Shown piece by piece: positions 60,005 to 64,000 of a stretch of DNA of 64,000 bases; the first letter of the stretch is position 1, and every line of letters starts with the position of its first letter. This DNA comes from Reyranella sp. (lineage in GTDB: Bacteria > Pseudomonadota > Alphaproteobacteria > Reyranellales > Reyranellaceae). The notes under the pieces were generated by a model that saw only the letters and a list, made by a program, of their open reading frames with translations, was not told the DNA's origin and searched no databases. The DNA lies in contig NZ_OZ245767.1 of the NCBI RefSeq assembly GCF_965227665.1, positions 1,955,638 to 2,019,637 of the forward strand, read 5' to 3'. The position numbers and the translations under genes are program-made.

Positions 60005-60096
60005 TCCCCCTCCCTAGCCCTCCCCCGTATGACGGGGGCGGGAATAAGAGTTCATGTCCCCGCCCCCGTCATACGGGGGAGGGCTAGGGAGGGGGA
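60005..60096. repeat. 92-bp nested palindrome (38-bp perfect arms, 16-nt spacer; each arm contains its own CCCCCGT-nnn-ACGGGGG hairpin)
   Basis: The left arm (60005..60042) is TCCCCCTCCCTAGCCCTCCCCCGTATGACGGGGGCGGG. The right arm (60059..60096) is its exact reverse complement. It lies between the xseA stop and the DUF559 start. Confidence 0.9.
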
Positions 60097-60099
60097 AGG

Positions 60100-61623
60100 C
60101 TACAGCAAGGACCCTTGATTGCCAGTGCCGCCGTCGCGCCGCTTGGGCGGTGCGGGCGGAGTCGCAACCGGCTTCGGCGCACCGGCGCCATCGGTAACAC
60201 GGGCGCCGACGCGGCCGTCGTTGAATTCGATGCTGATCGTCTGGCCGGCGCTGGTGCCGGCGGCCGCGAGGACGGGTTGGCCGTCCTGGTCGCGCACCAG
60301 GGCGAAGCCGCGGTTGAGCACGGAGTGGAAGGAGTAGCTTTCCAGGAGCTTGGCTGCCTGGTCGACCTGACGCTGGCCGTTCAGCAGCAGCTCGTTGCCG
60401 TGACGCTTCAGCCGGTCGCCCAGCTGATCCAGCCGGTCGAAGGCGCGCGCGTACTTCTGCAGCGCGTCGCTCTTGAAGCGATCGACGGCGCGGGTGAGCG
60501 CGCGGCCTTCGGCGACCAGCGCCTGTTCCTTGGCGGCGATCACCGCCTGCGGGCTCACCAGGCGGGCGGCCGAGAGCTGATGCGCGCGCCGCTCGACCAG
60601 CTGGCGCGCCGCGAGCGCCAGCCGCTCGCCACTGACATCGACCCGCTGCTGCCGCTCCTCGATCAGACGGCGCGGATCTCCGAGGCCGCGGGCGAGGCCG
60701 GCCAGTTCCATCGACTGCTCGCGCAGCAGGCGCGTCATGCCGCCGACCAGGCGCTTTGCATAGTCGAGCGTCTCGGTCATCAGGTCGGCGCGCACCGGCA
60801 CCGCCATCTCGGCGGCGGCGCTCGGCGTGGGCGCGCGGCGGTCCGAGGCGAAGTCGATCAGGGTCGTGTCGGTCTCGTGGCCGACGGCGGAGATCAGTGG
60901 AATCCCGGAACTCGCGGCGGCGCGCACCACGATCTCCTCGTTGAAGGCCCACAGGTCCTCGAGCGAGCCGCCGCCGCGCGCCACGATCAGCACGTCGGGC
61001 CGCGGCACGGGACCGTCTTCGGGCAGTGCGTTGAAGCCGGCGATGGCGCGGGCCACCTCGCCCGCCGCCTTCTCGCCCTGGACCGCCACCGGCCAGACCA
61101 GCACGTGGCAGGGAAAGCGGTCGCTGAGGCGATGCAGGATGTCGCGGATGACGGCACCGGACGGCGAGGTCACGACGCCCACCGTCTGCGGCAGGTAGGG
61201 CAGCGGGCGTTTGCGCTCGGCGTCGAACAGGCCCTCGGCCTGCAGCTTCTTGCGGCGGTCCTCCAGCAGCTTGAGCAGCGCGCCTTCGCCGGCCAGTTCC
61301 AGCCGCTCGACGATGATCTGGTAGCGCGAGGAGCCGGCATAGGTGGTGAGCTTGCCGGTCGCGATGACCTCCAGCCCTTCCTCGATCTTGATGCCGAGCC
61401 GCGGGATCGAGCCCTTCCAGCAGACGCCGTCGATCACGGCATTCTCGTCCTTGAGGCGGAAGTAGCAGTGGCCCGAGCGCGGGAAGGAGGGCTGGCTGAT
61501 CTCGCCGCGCACCCGCACCCGCGGAAACGCGGTTTCGATCTCGCGTTTCAGGGCGAAGGACAGCTCGGAAACCGAGAATTCCGGGACGTTCGAGGGGGCT
61601 GCCGGGGCGTCGAGGTTATCCAT
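60100..61623 (-). CDS. xseA: exodeoxyribonuclease VII large subunit
   Basis: FSVSELSFALKREIETAFPRVRVRGEISQ (OB-fold N-terminus), ARGGGSLEDLWAFNEE, and a coiled-coil C-terminus. Start taken at MDNLDAP (61623). Confidence 0.9.
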   Translation of the reverse strand: MDNLDAPAAPSNVPEFSVSELSFALKREIETAFPRVRVRGEISQPSFPRSGHCYFRLKDENAVIDGVCWKGSIPRLGIKIEEGLEVIATGKLTTYAGSSRYQIIVERLELAGEGALLKLLEDRRKKLQAEGLFDAERKRPLPYLPQTVGVVTSPSGAVIRDILHRLSDRFPCHVLVWPVAVQGEKAAGEVARAIAGFNALPEDGPVPRPDVLIVARGGGSLEDLWAFNEEIVVRAAASSGIPLISAVGHETDTTLIDFASDRRAPTPSAAAEMAVPVRADLMTETLDYAKRLVGGMTRLLREQSMELAGLARGLGDPRRLIEERQQRVDVSGERLALAARQLVERRAHQLSAARLVSPQAVIAAKEQALVAEGRALTRAVDRFKSDALQKYARAFDRLDQLGDRLKRHGNELLLNGQRQVDQAAKLLESYSFHSVLNRGFALVRDQDGQPVLAAAGTSAGQTISIEFNDGRVGARVTDGAGAPKPVATPPAPPKRRDGGTGNQGSLL

Positions 61624-61679
61624 GTCGGCCGAACCTAGCCGCTTGTGCCGCCGGCGCAAACTGTGGTCAAAGCCTCGCC

Positions 61680-62957
61680 ATGCGAATCCTCGTGGTAGGC
61701 GGCGGCGGCCGCGAACATGCGCTGTGCTGGGCGATTTCGGCCTCCCCGCTCTGCACGAAGCTCTACTGCGCGCCGGGCAATGCCGGCATCGCGCAGGTGG
61801 CCGAATGCATCGAGGTCGGCGCCGAGGACATCCCGGGCCAGGTGGCGCTGGCGCAGCGCCTGAAGATCGACTTCGTGGTGATCGCCCCCGACGCGCCGCT
61901 GGTGGCCGGCATGGCCGACGCCTTCGCCGCAGCCGGCATCAAGGCCTGGGGCCCGTCCAAGGCGGCGGCGCGCATCGAGGGCTCCAAGAGCTTCACCAAG
62001 GAACTCTGCCGCGCCAACAACATCCCGACGGCCGCCTACGAACGCTTCACCGAGGTCGGACCGGCCGAGGCCTATGTCAGGTCCCAGCCCCTGCCGATCG
62101 TGATCAAGGCCGACGGACTGGCGGCCGGCAAGGGCGTGATCATCGCCGAGACGGTCGAGCAGGCGGTCGAGGCGGTGCGCGACATGCTCTCGGGCAACCG
62201 CTTCGGCGCCGCCGGCGCCTCGGTGGTGATCGAGGAATTCATGCAGGGCGAGGAAGCGAGCTTCTTCGCCCTGACCGACGGCGAACATGTGTTGCCGCTG
62301 GTCGGTGCGCAGGATCACAAGCGCGCCTTCGACGGCGACACGGGCCCCAACACCGGCGGCATGGGCGCCTACTCGCCCGCGCCGATCTTCGACGCCGCCA
62401 TGCAGCAGCGCACGATGGACGAGATCGTGCTGCCTACCGTGCGGGCGCTCGCCAAGGCCGGCACGCCGTTCAAGGGTGTGCTCTATGCCGGCCTGATGAT
62501 CGACGCCAAGGGCCCGCGCCTGGTCGAATACAATTGCCGCTTCGGCGATCCCGAGACGCAGGTCCTGATGATGCGTCTGAAATCCGATCTCGTGCCGGCG
62601 CTGCTGGCCAGCACCGAGGGCGGGCTGAAACATCTCGACCTGCGCTGGTCGCCGGATGCCGCCGTCACCGTGATCATGGCGACCAGGGGCTATCCCGACT
62701 CCTACCCCAAGGGCAGCGAGATCCGCGGGCTCGCCGAGGCCGCCAGGGTCGAGGGTGTGCAGATCTTCCACGCCGGCACCAAGGCCGGCCCGGACGGGAA
62801 GATCCTGGCCAATGGCGGCCGCGTCCTGAACGTCAGCGCCATGGCCCCCACGGTCGAGGAGGCCCGCGCCCGCGCCTACCGCGCCGTCGACCTGATCGAC
62901 TGGCCCGAGGGCTTCTACCGCAAGGACATCGCCTGGCGGGCGCTCAAACCCTCGTAA
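61680..62957 (+). CDS. purD: phosphoribosylamine--glycine ligase
   Basis: MRILVVGGGGREHALCWAI, PIVIKADGLAAGKGV, YNCRFGDPETQ. Confidence 0.95.
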   Translation: MRILVVGGGGREHALCWAISASPLCTKLYCAPGNAGIAQVAECIEVGAEDIPGQVALAQRLKIDFVVIAPDAPLVAGMADAFAAAGIKAWGPSKAAARIEGSKSFTKELCRANNIPTAAYERFTEVGPAEAYVRSQPLPIVIKADGLAAGKGVIIAETVEQAVEAVRDMLSGNRFGAAGASVVIEEFMQGEEASFFALTDGEHVLPLVGAQDHKRAFDGDTGPNTGGMGAYSPAPIFDAAMQQRTMDEIVLPTVRALAKAGTPFKGVLYAGLMIDAKGPRLVEYNCRFGDPETQVLMMRLKSDLVPALLASTEGGLKHLDLRWSPDAAVTVIMATRGYPDSYPKGSEIRGLAEAARVEGVQIFHAGTKAGPDGKILANGGRVLNVSAMAPTVEEARARAYRAVDLIDWPEGFYRKDIAWRALKPS

Positions 62958-63014
62958 GGCTGGCATGCGCCCTCCCCCGGAGACGGGAGCGGGAGAATCC
63001 TTTAGTTTCCGCCC

Positions 63015-64000
63015 ATGCCTGACGCCCTCTCCGAGTCCCAGCGCCTGCTGGCTCAGCTCCGCTTTCCCTGCGGCGACGTGCCCGAACCCGGCGACATCAA
63101 GAACGTCGCCCCCGGGATCTACTGGCTGCGCATGCCGCTGCCCTTCCAGCTCAACCACATCAACCTGTGGCTGATCGAGGAGAAGGACGGCTGGACGATC
63201 GTCGACACCGGGATCAATTCGCAGGACACGCGAACCCTGTGGGAGAAGATCTTCGCGGAGAAACTCCAGGGCAAGCCAGTCGTGCGCGTGATCGGCACGC
63301 ATCTCCATCCCGACCATATCGGCCTCGCCGGCTGGCTGTGCGAGAAGTGGAACGCGCCGCTCTACATGACGCTGGGCGAGTACATGAGCGCGCAGGCCGC
63401 GCGCAACGACTTCGTCGAAAGCGAGGAGACGCGGGCCGCGCATGTCGCGCGCAACGGCGTGCCGGCCGACCGCATCGCCAACTTCCACCGCCACAAGGGC
63501 GGCTACGCCAAGGGCGTGGTGCCGCTACCGACCGCCTTCCGGCGCATGATCCATGCGCATCCCATCACGATCGGCGGCCATCGCTGGGACGTCATCGTGG
63601 GCCGCGGCCATGCGCCCGAGCATGCCTCGCTGTGGTGCCCCGAACTCAACGTGATGATCGCGGGCGACCAGGTGCTGCCCAAGATCAGCACCAATGTCGG
63701 CGTGTGGCCCAACGAGCCGCTGGCCGACGCCCTGACCTGGTTCCTCGACGGCTTCTCGCGCTTCCGCCGCCTGCCGGCCGATGCCCTCGTGCTGCCGAGC
63801 CACGGCTTCCCCTTCATCGGCCTGCACACGCGGCTCGACCAGCTCGTCGCCCATCACGATGCGCGGCTCAACGACATGGAAGTGGCGATCGCCCGCATGG
63901 GGCCGCAGGGCGCCACCGGCTGGGACATGGTGCCGATCCTGTTCCCGCGCCATCTCGACAATAACCAGATCGTCTTCGCCTTCGGCGAGACCCTGGCGCA
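63015..64000 (+). CDS. MBL-fold metallo-hydrolase (3' end beyond the window)
   Basis: Hand translation from ATG 63015 stays open to the window end. It contains the HxHxDH motif (GTHLHPDHIG). It is missing from the ORF track because no stop falls in the window. Confidence 0.75.
   Translation, partial: MPDALSESQRLLAQLRFPCGDVPEPGDIKNVAPGIYWLRMPLPFQLNHINLWLIEEKDGWTIVDTGINSQDTRTLWEKIFAEKLQGKPVVRVIGTHLHPDHIGLAGWLCEKWNAPLYMTLGEYMSAQAARNDFVESEETRAAHVARNGVPADRIANFHRHKGGYAKGVVPLPTAFRRMIHAHPITIGGHRWDVIVGRGHAPEHASLWCPELNVMIAGDQVLPKISTNVGVWPNEPLADALTWFLDGFSRFRRLPADALVLPSHGFPFIGLHTRLDQLVAHHDARLNDMEVAIARMGPQGATGWDMVPILFPRHLDNNQIVFAFGETLA

Noticed and set aside
58690-60952. ORFs 58690..60087 (+) and 60014..60952 (-), both ending in ...PLPSPPPYDGGG...RPRHTGEG
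   Set aside because: They are antisense to the RraA/DUF559 and xseA genes. Their similar C-termini are artefacts of reading through the two arms of the 92-bp palindrome.
60115-63494. ORFs 60115..61638 (+, 507 aa) and 61635..63494 (-, 619 aa)
   Set aside because: They are antisense to xseA and to purD plus the MBL hydrolase, respectively.

Overview
High-GC (about 65% by eye) alphaproteobacterial chromosomal DNA, probably Bradyrhizobiaceae-like, judged from gene content and from a palindromic GTCATCCCGAGCGnAGCGAGGGACC repeat. I support about 60 protein genes, one tRNA-Leu(CAA), four palindromic repeat elements, several operator-like sites and a few terminators. I saw no rRNA, CRISPR array, transposase, integrase or phage genes. 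Most of the window is housekeeping: bioR-bioY-bioB, fghA, tex, tldD, panE, gshA, rsmE, ubiA, ubiD, leuA, pmbA, a lytic transglycosylase, xseA and purD. The main finding is a roughly 14 kb accessory locus (3392..17506) between bioYB and tRNA-Leu, built as two divergent operons. On the minus strand a LysR regulator is translationally coupled to four tandem DUF1028 (Ntn-hydrolase fold) paralogs and an NtaA/DszA-type flavin monooxygenase. On the plus strand two tandem DUF4392 (D-glutamate-cyclase-like) paralogs precede a five-gene Dpp/Opp-type ABC importer and a second, inverted NtaA/DszA paralog. I know of no characterised pathway with this composition and flag it as a candidate undescribed uptake and catabolic system. 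Smaller observations: a BioR regulon signal, a shared 20-bp operator-like motif at a TetR gene and a DUF2852 gene, a low-GC orphan membrane protein after tex, a Lys/Ala/Pro-rich extension in frame with pmbA, a His/Pro-rich small secreted protein, a weak Leu-rich leader ORF before leuA, and a nested 92-bp palindrome next to a DUF559 endonuclease. All family assignments come from reading the translations and recalling family motifs. No database search was run. Start codons are often uncertain because high GC produces long stop-free 5' extensions.
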